Assembly: GCF_006345805.1 (NCBI RefSeq) | Contig: NC_042997.1 | Coordinates: 134,416,001 to 134,480,000, forward strand | Direction of reading: 5' to 3' | Length of the DNA stretch: 64,000 nt | Origin: Octopus sinensis | Lineage: Eukaryota | Shown here: one piece after another, positions 49,591 through 61,619 of the stretch | How positions within the stretch are numbered: the first letter of the stretch is position 1 | Layout of the letters: each line of letters begins with the position of its first letter | The notes under the pieces: model-generated | Seen by the model: the letters and a program-made list of their open reading frames with translations, nothing else | Database searches by the model: none | Told to the model about the DNA's origin: nothing | Program-made: the position numbers and the translations under genes

Positions 49591-50838
49591 GATGCAGATG
49601 ATTGTGAGCTAGTAGCGCACACAGAGATTGATATGCAACACATTTTGAATGCATTCTCTGATGCTTGCTCTACCTTAGGATTGACAGTCAATCTCAAGAA
49701 AACTGTTGTTATGTACCAACCTGCCCCTGGTAAGCAGTATATTGTACCAAATATCTATGTGTATGGTAAACGACTTTATGTAGTTGATCAGTTTGTCTAC
49801 CTGGGAAGCACTATTAATTGATATAGCAATTTGGATGATGAAATGCCATATAGAATTAGGAAAGCAAGAGATGCTTTCGGAAGGCTAGAAAGGCGCCTCT
49901 GGGGTCGGCGAGACATATGCAGAAAGACAAAGATAAAGGTGTACAAGGCATGTGTGCTCCCTTCTCTTCTCTATGCCTGCAAGACGTGGGTCACATATCG
50001 ATACCACCTTAAACAACTGGAATGTTTCCTTCAGATGTGTCTCAGACGGATCTATGGCATTAAGCGGGAGGACCGCATCAGTGATCTTGAAATATTGGAA
50101 GACTCTCGGTGCGAAAGTATAGAAGCTCTTGTATTAAAGCAAAGGCTCAGATGGAGTTGTCATCTAGTCAGGATGAAGGATTCAAGGATGCCAAAACAAT
50201 TCTTTTATGGAGAGTTAGCTAAAGGAGAACGACCTCCACGTAAACCAAAAAAAGAGGTATAAGGACTTGCTGAAGGCTTCCTTAAGAGATGCTTGCATCT
50301 CTCCTAACACATGGGAGAGCATAGCTATTAATCGTAGCAGGTGGAGAAAGATTGTGCACGAGAGGACAGCTACTTTTGAGAAAACTCGAGTTGCGCATGA
50401 GAAAGTAAGGAGGGATGTCAGGAAGGGCATCGCTGCTACACTTCCAGATGGGAAGGGTCTCCCTATGATGCTGACATGCAATGTCTGTGCAAGACCCTGC
50501 CTCAGTAAAGCTGGACTCAAGAGTCATCTTCGTAGTCATAAAGCAAAACAGATGAGTGACCACCTGGCCACTGATGGTGGTGTTACACACCATATTTATC
50601 ATATCTGTCAGGCATGTGGAAGAGAGTGTAATTCGGCTGGAGGACGTAAACGACATGCAAAGGTACATGAAGCCCAGTTACAACTACAGCCGGCTATTAC
50701 CGGTAAAGGTTTTAACTGCCAATTCTGTACAAGATACTGTAGATCTTTAGCTGGGCTAAAATGTCACATTCGATCACAGCACCAATGACAGTTAAGCTTC
50801 GTGCAATGGCCATACTCGATAACGAGGGGACAGTCATC
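49591..50838 (+). mobile_element. 5'-truncated RTE-clade LINE with three C-terminal C2H2 zinc fingers and 12-bp TSD
   Basis: ADDC..LGLTVNLKKT, FVYLGS, TKIKVYKACVLPSLLY, LRWSCHLVRM..RMPKQFFYGEL; fingers CNVC..HLRSH, CQAC..HAKVH, CQFC..HIRSQH. ATGTGCACATTG at 49579-49590 and 50839-50850. Confidence 0.9.
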
Positions 50839-50859
50839 ATGTGCACATTGTATGTTTTG

Positions 50860-51200
50860 TTTTAAATATGTATTCTCATGGAGCTTTCTAATAGCATATC
50901 CGTGCATAGTCTTCTACTCATATAGGCTCGTCTTTTCATCTGATGATACGTTGCGGTAGAGTCGTGCAACTTCTTTGGGCACGTATTCAAGATTATCAGA
51001 CAAGGAGTGTTGCTCAAGGAGCTATCTTCCAAGTCTTGTGATGTTATCAGGCTCATGTATGCAAACATGGTCAAGAGATGCACTTCGGCACTTGGTGATT
51101 AAAAGATGTTGCCGAATGAATACGATGCGACATTCAAAGGCATTTTATATCGATGTTAAGCCTTTGCCATCTTGTTTTCGTTTTCGGTTGAGGTGGAAAT
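50860..51200 (-). mobile_element. Old R4/Dong-like fragment
   Basis: FHLNRKRKQDGKGLTSI*NAF and KTMHGY resemble LYLPRKEGGRGL and KPMHGQ of the other copies. Confidence 0.5.
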
Positions 51201-51265
51201 TATGTATGTTTGTTAGTATTTTTCGGGTTTTCAAATCAATGGCTCAGATCTCATGTATGTATGTA

Positions 51266-51662
51266 TCAGGTCATCCCATAAGTTCTGTCCGATTTTACCT
51301 TTTTTAAAATTGAATAAAATTTAATAGCATTGTAGAATGTCTAATGGAATTAAAAATTATTTTTATGCATTTGTGTACATTTAAACTAATTAAATATTAT
51401 TTTACAGAATAATAGAATTAAAATGTTTTGATTAAAACCCTTTCTATCAAGCCAGGAGGAGACCGAAACTGACATTTTAGAGTTCTTCGCTTTGAAACCA
51501 AAAGAGTTTTACACTGATGGGATTAAAAAGCTTGTAAATAGGTGGAAGGAAGTCATAGATAATCAAGGAAAAGTACATTGATGATTAAATTTCAATTAAA
51601 TATAACAATTTATCACTTGTTTTCTTTATTCAAAATTCGGACAAAACTTATGGGATAGCCTG

Positions 51663-51663
<1 letters not shown>
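51266..51663 (+). mobile_element. Mariner-derived MITE (internal deletion derivative)
   Basis: TA|TCAGGTCATCCCATAAGTTCTGTCCGA ... TCGGACAAAACTTATGGGATAGCCTGA|TA; matches both ends of the mariner at 52407-53615. Confidence 0.9.
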
Positions 51664-51693
<30 letters not shown>

Positions 51694-52318
51694 TGTATGT
51701 ATGTGTAGACTTCTAGATAACGTCAAACCGGTTTGTTGATACTTTGTAGCAAGTTTACACATATCAATTTCTTGCAATTACTATTTCCCCATGGAGCCGA
51801 CGAGGAAGCCTTCTATATGATTGTCGCTTGCTAGAAATACCAGTCGCATCGCTCTCAAATGGCTCTATACTCTCTTCAAGAAAATAAACGTACACATTGA
51901 ATAACGTACTCATAATTATATTGTTTGAATATATAAAAACGGGTGGTCATGGTTGAAACGCCTTAAATCACGTGTCTGCTTTGAGAATTAACCTGCAAAA
52001 CGACTGTTATTATTTCTGTATTTTTCCTGTGTCTCTCTCCTCTCTCACTTTCTCTGTCTCGTTCTCTCGCCCACTCCCTCGTCCTCTCTTCTTCGGGCTC
52101 TCTCCCTCTCCTACATTCTCTCCCTCCTTCCTCTCTGTATTTGTTTCTTCGCGGGATTTTGTGTATCAGATACGCTCTATTTAATTATTTAGATAAAATA
52201 TAACAGCGAATTTTAGTATAAACAACCCCATTTAAGCACGCTCACATACATGCATAAACACCAATACATACATGAATACATACATACATATAGACATACA
52301 TACAAGCAATACATATAC

Positions 52319-52380
<62 letters not shown>

Positions 52381-52406
52381 ACATACATACATACATACGT
52401 ACATGG

Positions 52407-53615
52407 CAGGTCATCCCATAAGTTCTGTCCGAATTTTGAATAAAGAAAACAAGTGATAAATTGTTATATTTAATTGAAATTTAATCTTCAATGTACTTTC
52501 CTTGATTATTTATAACTTCCTACCACCTATTTACAAGCTTTTTAATCCCATCAGTGTAAAACTCTTTTGGTTTCAAAGCGAAGAACTCTGAAATGTCAAT
52601 TTCGATCTCCTCCTGGCTTGCGAAAGTTATACCCCACTAAATGATTCTGTAAACTACGAAACAAATCGTAGTCTGAAGGAGCAAGGTCGGGAGAATAAGA
52701 TGGATGAGGAATTTTTCCCAACCAAGCTCTTCGACCTCCTGTGGTGTGATCTTTGCAGTGTGGGGTCGCGCATTGTCTTAATGAAACAACACTCCTTTTC
52801 GATTCACTAAAGCGGGTCTTCTTTTCTTCAAAGCTTGGTTCAAACGCTCTAATTGCTGACAGTAGACTGGAGCATTGATTGTCGCATTAGGTGGTAACAA
52901 TTCAAAGTGAATTACTTCTTTGCAATCCCACCAGATAAAGAGAAGAACCTTTTTCCCACGAAGTTCCCTTCTCAGTTGTGGTTGAGCTTTTTCCCCTTTT
53001 CCCAAGCCACTGTTTACGACGTTTAACATTTCGTTAGAAGATCCATTTTTCCTCACCAATCACAAGTCTATCCAAAAAGTGTGAAATGAGTTCGCAAGAA
53101 TGGAGAGAATAGCAGATGTCAACACGGGATTTGCAGTTGCTTTCGGTCAATTCATGAGGAACCCATTTTCCAAGTTTAGGAAGCTTTCCAAGCTGTTGAA
53201 GATGACGATGAACAGTTGTATAGTTTGAACTAAGCTTTATTGCCAATTCTTCAACTGATAAAGCAGTTGAAGTAATGCCTCAAGGAGCTTATCATCAAAC
53301 TCAACTGGACGTCCTGTTCAATCTTCATCTTCAAGGCTGAACTCTCCACTTCTGACTTTTGAAAACCATTTTCTGCAAGTTCTTTCATTCAAACATTTCC
53401 CCCCATAAACTGAGTGTATGTTTCGAATCGCTTCGGCTGCAGAGTTTCCGTTTTTGTACTCATAAAGCATTATGTGCCTCAAATGCTCTTTGGATACTTC
53501 CATGATAGAAACATTTTAATTCTATTATTCTGTAAAATAATATTTAATTAGTTTAAATGTACACAAATGGATAAAAATAATTCTTATTCCATTAGACATT
53601 CTAAATACTATTATA
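52407..53615 (-). mobile_element. Mariner transposon with decayed transposase; 5' TIR lost to a microsatellite
   Basis: HLRHIMLYEY..SAAEA, GKWVPHEL, KWIF, KVLLFIWWD, DNARPHTA, YSPDLAPSDY; one TIR at 52407. Confidence 0.92.
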
Positions 53616-53804
53616 TCTATATATTATATATATATATAATATATATACTATATATATATATATATAAGACTTCTTTTACTATTCTGAGCGTTATACTAAT
53701 ACATCTGTTTGTCTTGTACACCACCTGTCTTCGTCTATTGTTTTTTTCGTAAACTCTCCCATATACTATTATATATTATATATAGTATATATATATATAT
53801 ATAT

Positions 53805-53840
<36 letters not shown>

Positions 53841-53879
53841 ATATACATACATACATACATACATACATACATACATACA

Positions 53880-53915
<36 letters not shown>

Positions 53916-54130
53916 TATACATATATCTGTCCGGCATTCGCCATGATTGATCGCTAGCCACTAAACTTTTTTCTATTTTCTTTCCCAGTTTATTTCTGTG
54001 TTCCTTTCTGTCGAAGAGAGTAGGCTCGAAACGTAAAAGACTTTCTCACTTCCCGAGCGTATTAAACAAATACTTCTGTTTGTTGTTTACACACCCATCT
54101 TCGTCTTTTGTTCTTTTTGTAAATTCTCAC

Positions 54131-54200
<70 letters not shown>

Positions 54201-54209
54201 ATGTGTGTG

Positions 54210-54870
54210 TTCCTGGATTCTCAGAACCTTCCAGTCGAGAGATTCCCACACTATTATTCTTCTCTTCTCCACTTTTGCCCGACCTCACCTTGAATACTGC
54301 TGTCCACTGTGGTCTCCCTACACAAAACAAAATATTATGAGAATTGAAGCTCCCCAAAGGTCAATCACAAAAAAGATAGATGGCATGTCAGACCTTGACT
54401 ACTGGGGTAGACTAGAGAAGCTGAAACTGTATTCACTCCAACGACGCCGTGAACGATACATTATCTGTATGATGTGGAAAATATTCCATCAGCACTGTCC
54501 GAATGATGTTGGCATCACCTTCAAAATACATCCAAGGCTTGGACCACGTGCCATCCGTCCACAACAAAAATCTAAATCGCATCACATAATGACAATACGG
54601 CACAACTATTTCACCTCAATTGGACCCGCTCTCTTCAACATTACACCAGGACACGTCAAAAAAGAAACTGACCACACAAAATTCAAGAAGTCTTTGGACA
54701 AATTCCTTCAAACAGTCCCGGACAAACCACCCACACCCGGATACGTCTCCGCAAACAATAACTCTCTGCTCGAATGGGCCTCGGTGCCCAAATCCTGAAT
54801 TGAAAGACTTCGCCAGGTGGTGCTATTAAGTTAGACATGGCCTGGCCAATACTGGCCAAAACCATTCTAA
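54210..54870 (+). mobile_element. CR1-type LINE 3' fragment
   Basis: RPHLEYCCPLWSP, LKLYSLQRRRERY, GPALFN, LDKFLQTVPDKP. Confidence 0.9.
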
Positions 54871-54927
54871 GTTATTCTAAGTTAAGTTATATATATATAT
54901 ATTATATATATATATATTATAATATAT

Positions 54928-54979
<52 letters not shown>

Positions 54980-55005
54980 CTATTACTTAACCATCCTATC
55001 ACACC

Positions 55006-55057
55006 GTCTCCGATGAAGGGATATAATTAATAAATATCCTGGAAACAGCTGTAAGAC
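55006..55057 (+). ncRNA. Type-I hammerhead-like motif (CCGAUGA core variant)
   Basis: GTCT-CCGATGA-AGGGATAT..ATATCCTG-GAAAC-AGCT-GTA-AGAC. Confidence 0.5.
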
Positions 55058-55859
55058 CTTCTATCTATAAATGTTCTAATATCTATACAGTCTTGGTTTT
55101 TTTTATCTCATTACGCAAAAAATTATATATATATATATATATAATATATATATATATATATTATATATATATATAATAATAAATATTAGGGAATAAATCC
55201 AAATTTACAGGAAAAAATCAGATTTAGGATTAAATCCAATTTTATAGTAAAATATTATAAAATATTATTAGAGACAAAACCACTATTTTGCAAAACAAAC
55301 AAGGAAAGACTTAATCAATACATAAAATTTTTTTTGACTATTTATTAAAATTTATGTATTATTGTCTTTCCTTTTTGTTTTGCAAAATAGTGGTTTTGTC
55401 TCTAAATAATATTTATTATATATATATATATTATATATACATATATGTAGTGTACTCCATCTGGTTAGAGATAAATATATTTGATCAAAACACCATATAT
55501 TTTTATGACCTACTAATAACATTATGCGATGTAAAAAAACAACTCAGTATTCAATAATATGTGTGGAATAGATACAGAAAGTCACCCTGTTATTGAATTG
55601 TTACTCAAAGAATACTGGCGGAATATTCCCATTGAAACTATTGTCAAACGTAAACATAACAGGCTCCAGATATTGTTATTTGGGACAGGCAGGAAAAAGT
55701 ATGTACCCGTCATAGATTAGCTGTCCCTCTGATGCGAATTCTGTCGAAGAGAGTAGGCTTGAAACGTAAAAGACTTTCTCACTTCCCGAGCGTTAAACAA
55801 ATACTTCTGATTGTTGTTTATACACCCGTCTTCGTCTTTTGTTCTTTTTGTAAATTCTC

Positions 55860-55919
<60 letters not shown>

Positions 55920-56846
55920 TGTATGTATGTATGTATGTATGTATGTATAATATTTTATATTGGTTAGCGATAACCTACTGTCGTTTAGGGAGATATTACT
56001 TTGATTTCTTCGGACAGCTGCTAATCACATTTGTACTTTTAGACTTCAAGTACACTCATTCTCTTTTCTTTCGTAGGTATTGCGCAGCAATCACCTGTTC
56101 TTAGATTGCAAATACATAGCTATGAAAGTGTTAAGTGACGTACCGGTTTCTAATCCAAAAGTGGCTGTACTTCATGTTGATGTACCTGATTTTTACAAAT
56201 TTTCGGAAAATATTCCAATGCGTTAGTTTTTGTCGTCTACGCTGTTCCAGCCTGAGATTCACTTATCCCTAACCTTTTCAACACGCACTTAAGTGAAAGT
56301 CTAACCCCCACACCTTATACAGTTAAGTGGATCATACTTGAGAAGTCCACACAAACGGATAAAAAAATAAATGTAAGCATGTGTAGCTGAAAGAACACAG
56401 ATTCTATTCAGCTGTAAGAGCTCCACTACATTGCTTAATTCCAGCTGTGAAATTTTCAGCCCATGTAAACATATCGGAATTTTTCTGTTGGCGAATTGGA
56501 ATATACCACCCTCTCCGGACTGAGCATTTATACTGCAGATTCGGCCTCATGACTTTATGGTCAAAGTGGGCACAACTCTATTCCCACCCCTGTTTCCTTT
56601 CTGTTTTCTTTTTCGTTCACCCGTGTTTTCAACCTTCTCCCTTTTACATCTACTCCATTTTCGCCTTTACTCATAATTTTTCTCACTCTGTCGTTCTGTT
56701 TTAGCTTGTTATGCAACGTGGACGGAGCCTGGAGATGGCATGAAGGCACCAGACGTATTATTGAATGGTGAGTTGTTTTTCATTGCCGTGTTTATTAAAT
56801 ATATTTATCTCTAACCAGATGGAGTGCACTATATATATATATATAT

Positions 56847-56897
<51 letters not shown>

Positions 56898-57033
56898 CCA
56901 GCATGGCCGCAGTCAAATGACTGAAACAAATAAAAGTAAAAGAAAAAAGAAAAAATGTACATATATATACATGTATATATATACAAATATATATACATAC
57001 ATACATTCATATATATATATATATATATATATA

Positions 57034-57580
57034 CGGGTGGGGCAGAGAGAACAGACGTTTTTGAAATGGCTATTACTCAATCCCTGTAGGAGGGACATAC
57101 GTCCAACACGTACCGTTCAGTCCGTTGTGTCTTTAGCATTCTTTTTTCTTTTCAGGTGAAGCCATGGTGCTGTGGACGATAGAACATCGGACGTTTGCCT
57201 AAAACAGTTAGGCGTCAGACAAGCGTTGATACGGAGTTCGAATCGGTCTGCTCGGAGGCATTTCATTGAACTCGGCATCGATAATCCATCAGTAAGGCCT
57301 ATTTTGCATGAGCATCTGCATTTCCACCCGTACAAATTGTTCATTGGGTAACAGTTGTAACCGTGGGACTATGCACAGAGCAATGCTGGAGAGAGTGGAG
57401 GCCAACTTTCAAGAACGCCTTAAGAAATGCATCAACGGACACCACATGATGGATGTTGTTTTCCACACTTGATTTTGACAAATGCTAATTCAATACGAAC
57501 ACATGGATGTTAATAAAATTTGTTTTCTGCTAAATTTAATGATTGTGTGAATCTTTCAAACACGATCGTCCTCTCTATAC
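57034..57580 (+). mobile_element. Internally deleted Tc1/mariner-superfamily element
   Basis: Peptides MVLWTIEHR, SARRH..ILHEHLHFHPYK and MLERVEANFQERLKKCING..DVVFHT. Partial terminal complementarity (gagagaacagacgtttttgaaa / tttcaaacacgatcgtcctctc). Confidence 0.65.
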
Positions 57581-57699
57581 ATATTTGTTTTTTGTATTTC
57601 GGAGCTTTTGTGGATCTTGGCTAATCCGTAGTAATTGCTCTCTTTCATTACAGAGTTGCATATATAATCTTTCTTCTTGTTTGTGAAGAAATTTCGGAA

Positions 57700-57985
57700 T
57701 AATGGGGCACCGCCGTTTCGCTACACTGTTATTACTGACAGCCTCCTCTAATATGTGGGTACTTGGTTAAGAACGGAGTTTGATGTGGCTGCCCTCATTT
57801 GCAACTATTGCCGTGAGGTAGGTTCATCTTGGACTCTCGACAGAAAGAGGTCCAGTTTTGATTTGAATACACCAACACCCAGTTTGTGTAGCTCCCTCAG
57901 GCTCTTTGGGAAAATATCAAAATGTTGTGGACCCCTGAAACCCAGGCTGTTGCAGTAACTGTTCCTGAAGCGCGATGGCATTGCT
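57700..57985 (-). mobile_element. CR1-type LINE extreme 3' fragment
   Basis: Homologous to about 31150-31440 (GFRGPQ.FD.FP..LR.L..LDLFL..EPT); tail GGCGGTGCCCC. Confidence 0.75.
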
Positions 57986-57988
57986 GGG

Positions 57989-58067
<79 letters not shown>

Positions 58068-58544
58068 TGCATGTGTGTGTACATGTGTGTATGCGTGTAT
58101 ATATAGGTCCATTATGTTGCGCAGAAGAAGAGACTTAGCAAGATCGAATCCCTAAAACTGTACAATGGTTGGCGAGAATCTCGAATGACATCAGTTTTCT
58201 ATAATATAGTACACCCAGGGATGTAATATGAATGTAGACCAGCGAAAATAGTTGAAACTGATGAGGGAAACATTTTATGGGAGACAAAATAAGACAAGGA
58301 AATGAAACATTCAAAACTAAGTATCTTGTAATTTTAGTTGAAAAAGATACTAAAACTTGTAGGATAATAGATGTAACCTGTCATTTGAAACTAAGGAAAG
58401 AAAAAGAAAGCAAGAAGACAAATGCCAAAAGCATAAAAAACAAAAAAACAAAACAAAAAGAAAACAAAAAAAACAACTTTGTAACAATGGAAATAATTGT
58501 GATTTTCATTATAATATAACCTTTAGATCCAGTGTTTGAAGATT

Positions 58545-58750
58545 TCCCGGTTTCTATGGCGTATTGGTTCCCCATCTGGACGGGACGCCAGTCCATCACA
58601 GCGTTACTCAATTTTGCCAGCTGAGTGGACTGGAGCAACATGAAAGGAAGTGTTTTGCTCAAGAACACAACGCGTCTCCCGGTTCAGGAATCGAAACCAC
58701 AATCTTACAATCATGGTGCTGACACTCTAACCAATAAGCCAAGCGGCTCC
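58545..58750 (-). mobile_element. SINE family A-related copy
   Basis: TGGCTTATTGG box A, GTTTCGATTCC box B, GTTCTTGAGCAAAACACTT core, GATGGACTGGCGTCCCGTCCAG. Confidence 0.75.
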
Positions 58751-59099
58751 ACAGATAATAAGAAATAGTAAAGAAAAAATCTGACCACAGAAAGAATCCT
58801 CGAAATGATGATGGAATCTCGGATTTCCTGACATATCAAAGGCAATTTATCATTCCCAATTCGACAACCAGCACATCCAATATAGGATAATTTAGCCCCG
58901 CTAATTACACCGCTTTTGTCACTTTTTAATGACTGGCGCATTATAATTTTAACTTCCATTACTCTTGAAGTTTTATTTGGAGAAATTATTGGATGTTTGT
59001 CTTGAGTGGAAAAACTCTCTTCGCAAACATTTTGATATATCTACAAAATTATTGCGACCTTTTCTCCATTATTAGTTGCTGTCAGTCTTCGCGATTATG

Positions 59100-59856
59100 A
59101 CGTTTCATGGCTTTTGCATGAGAAGCTTTCTCCGTACTGGTCAGTTCTTTGCTTGAGTCTGCCATTTATCATGTCCAACTCCTTTCCACTTCATATTCCC
59201 TTTTATGGTACCTGTGGATCTCAATCTAGGTTTTCCATGGTTTCTTTTCCCTTTGCATTGTTGAGAGTAAAGGAGTTGTCTGGGGAGTCTGCTGTTGTTG
59301 TCCAACCAGTGTACGTGATACGACCAACGTAAGTTTCTATCAATGAGGATATCCATTATTGGAGGCCGATCAGCATGCCGGAGGATGTCTTCATGTTGTC
59401 AAAAGGATGCAAAGATTTAATTTTCACTGTATATTTGAGGATAGCCGGATCTATTCTGCACGTGGGCCACTGCAAAGACATATTACTTGGAAATTGACAG
59501 ACATGTACCAGAAATGAACAGGCATGTACCAGAGAATTTCGCATAGACATCAATGATTGATTATTGATTTTGATTATTGGTGGCTTCAACCTCGCCTTTC
59601 TTTTGGAGTACACCTCGAACGGCCAACATCACCATACCAAGGATTTTTAGAAATAGTACACAAGCAACATTATTCGATTGTTCTCATTCCGGTTTCGCTT
59701 CCTGATTAGCGACACTCACATCCACCACTGAATCGCACACATGTGGTTGTGATACATGCGCCTGGTTTACCCGTATCAGACGAGTACTCAGGGTGGATAT
59801 ATTGGTCTTCGTAAATTTGTAGCCCAACATCAATTTGAAGATGTATACTGCCCTCT

Positions 59857-59859
<3 letters not shown>
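59100..59859 (-). mobile_element. RTE-derived bipartite remnant: 5' end shared with the 560-bp family, 3' part RTE C-terminus
   Basis: LRWSYHVHWL...RLPRQLLYSQ..GKRNHGKPRLR at 59141-59356; 59735-59859 aligns by eye with 60465-60589. Confidence 0.6.
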
Positions 59860-59955
<96 letters not shown>

Positions 59956-59971
59956 TAACAATAACAATATC

Positions 59972-60030
<59 letters not shown>
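59858..60030. repeat. (CTA)n/(TAA)n microsatellite
   Basis: Direct inspection. Confidence 0.95.
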
Positions 60031-60032
<2 letters not shown>

Positions 60033-60589
60033 GATGCCCTGATGCAGTACCAGGCAGTGGCTCTCATGGCTTCTGATCTTAACTGATTGGAAGTGTTATC
60101 ATGTACATTGTTTTGTCTTGGTATAAAAGATGGGCTACAGCAAATATTCTGCTCAATACCACAGATTTGCTTGTCAGTTGTTTGACCTTAACCAGTTGAG
60201 CATGTCCCTTAGTGGCTGACGATATGTGCATCTCTGATCACGAGCAGAAGTAGTGGGGGAGCATCATGGCCATGTGTTGAGAGGGATTCTTTGGAGTTTG
60301 AATGGTTCACCTCTGGAAACATAGGTGTTTCGTTCAACATCCTAAAGCAACCCTTATTCAGGGACCGTTTGAGCGGGATGGGCTACTCAACCTGAAGAAA
60401 ATTCTAACTGGGCCCCACCTGCAAGGTCATGTGCTGTTTATCTTGATATGAGATCACCATGTCGCGCACATATGGTTGTGATGCATGTGCCTGGTGTACC
60501 TTTATCAGACGGGTAGTCATGATGGGTATATTGGGCTTCGTATATTTTACCCCAGTGTCACTTTGATGGCATGAATTGCTCTCTCACTC
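60031..60589 (-). mobile_element. ~560-bp non-coding interspersed element flanked by (TAA)n (strand inferred)
   Basis: Tandem diverged copy at 60632-61242; fragment at 17365-17557. Confidence 0.8.
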
Positions 60590-60631
60590 AATAATAATAA
60601 TAATAATAATGATAATAATAATGATGATAAA

Positions 60632-61242
60632 TACCCTGATGCAGTATCAGACACTATGCCCTGATAGAGTACTAGACACTATGCTCTGATGCAGTAGCGG
60701 GCACCATGCCCTGATGAGCAGGCATTGGCTCTCATGGCTTATGATCTTAATTGACGGTTAGTGTTATCATATACATGTTTTGTCTTGGTATAAAAGATGA
60801 GCTATAGCAAATATTCTGCTCAGTACTACAGATTTGTTTGTCAGTTGTTTGACCTTAACCAGTTGAGCATGTTCCTTAGTAGCTGACGATATGGGCATCT
60901 CCGATCACAAGCAGAAGTAGTGGGGGAGCATTATAGCCATGTGTTGAGAGGGATTCTTTGGGGTTTGAATAGTTCACCTCTGAAAACATGGGTGGTTTGT
61001 TCATCATCCTTAAACAATCCTTATTCAGGGACCTTTTGAGCGGGATGGGCTACTCGACCAGAAGAAAATTCTAACTGGACCCCCACCTGCAAGGTCATGC
61101 GCTGTATATTTTCATATGAGATCACCACGTTACGCACATATGGTTGCGATTCATGTCCCTGGGGTACCCGTATCTGACAGGTACCCATTATGGGTATATT
61201 TGTACCTCAGTGTCAATTTGATGGCATGCGCTGCTCTCTCAC
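60632..61242 (-). mobile_element. Second copy of the ~560-bp element with short internal duplications of the CCCTGAT segment
   Basis: Collinear with 60031-60589. Confidence 0.8.
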
Positions 61243-61567
61243 GACAGCGGGCTGCTGTCCGCTTTCACAGAATCTACCAGAGCAAACAAGATCGAGGTCT
61301 CTGAGAAGTAAAACAACAACAACAGCAGTAAAAGCAGTAACAACAATTATTTCTACTGAAGGACAAGGCCTGAAATTTGGGGAGGTGGGGCTAGTTGATT
61401 AAACTGACCGGAGTGTTTCACTGGCACTTAATTTACCGACCACGAAAGGATGAAAGGCAGAGTCGACCTCGGCGGAATTTGAACTCAGAACGTAAAGATA
61501 GAAGAAATGCCGCTAAGCATTTTCCTCGGCGTGCTAACAATTCTGCCAACTCACTGCCTTAATAATA

Positions 61568-61611
<44 letters not shown>

Positions 61612-61619
61612 GACAACAG

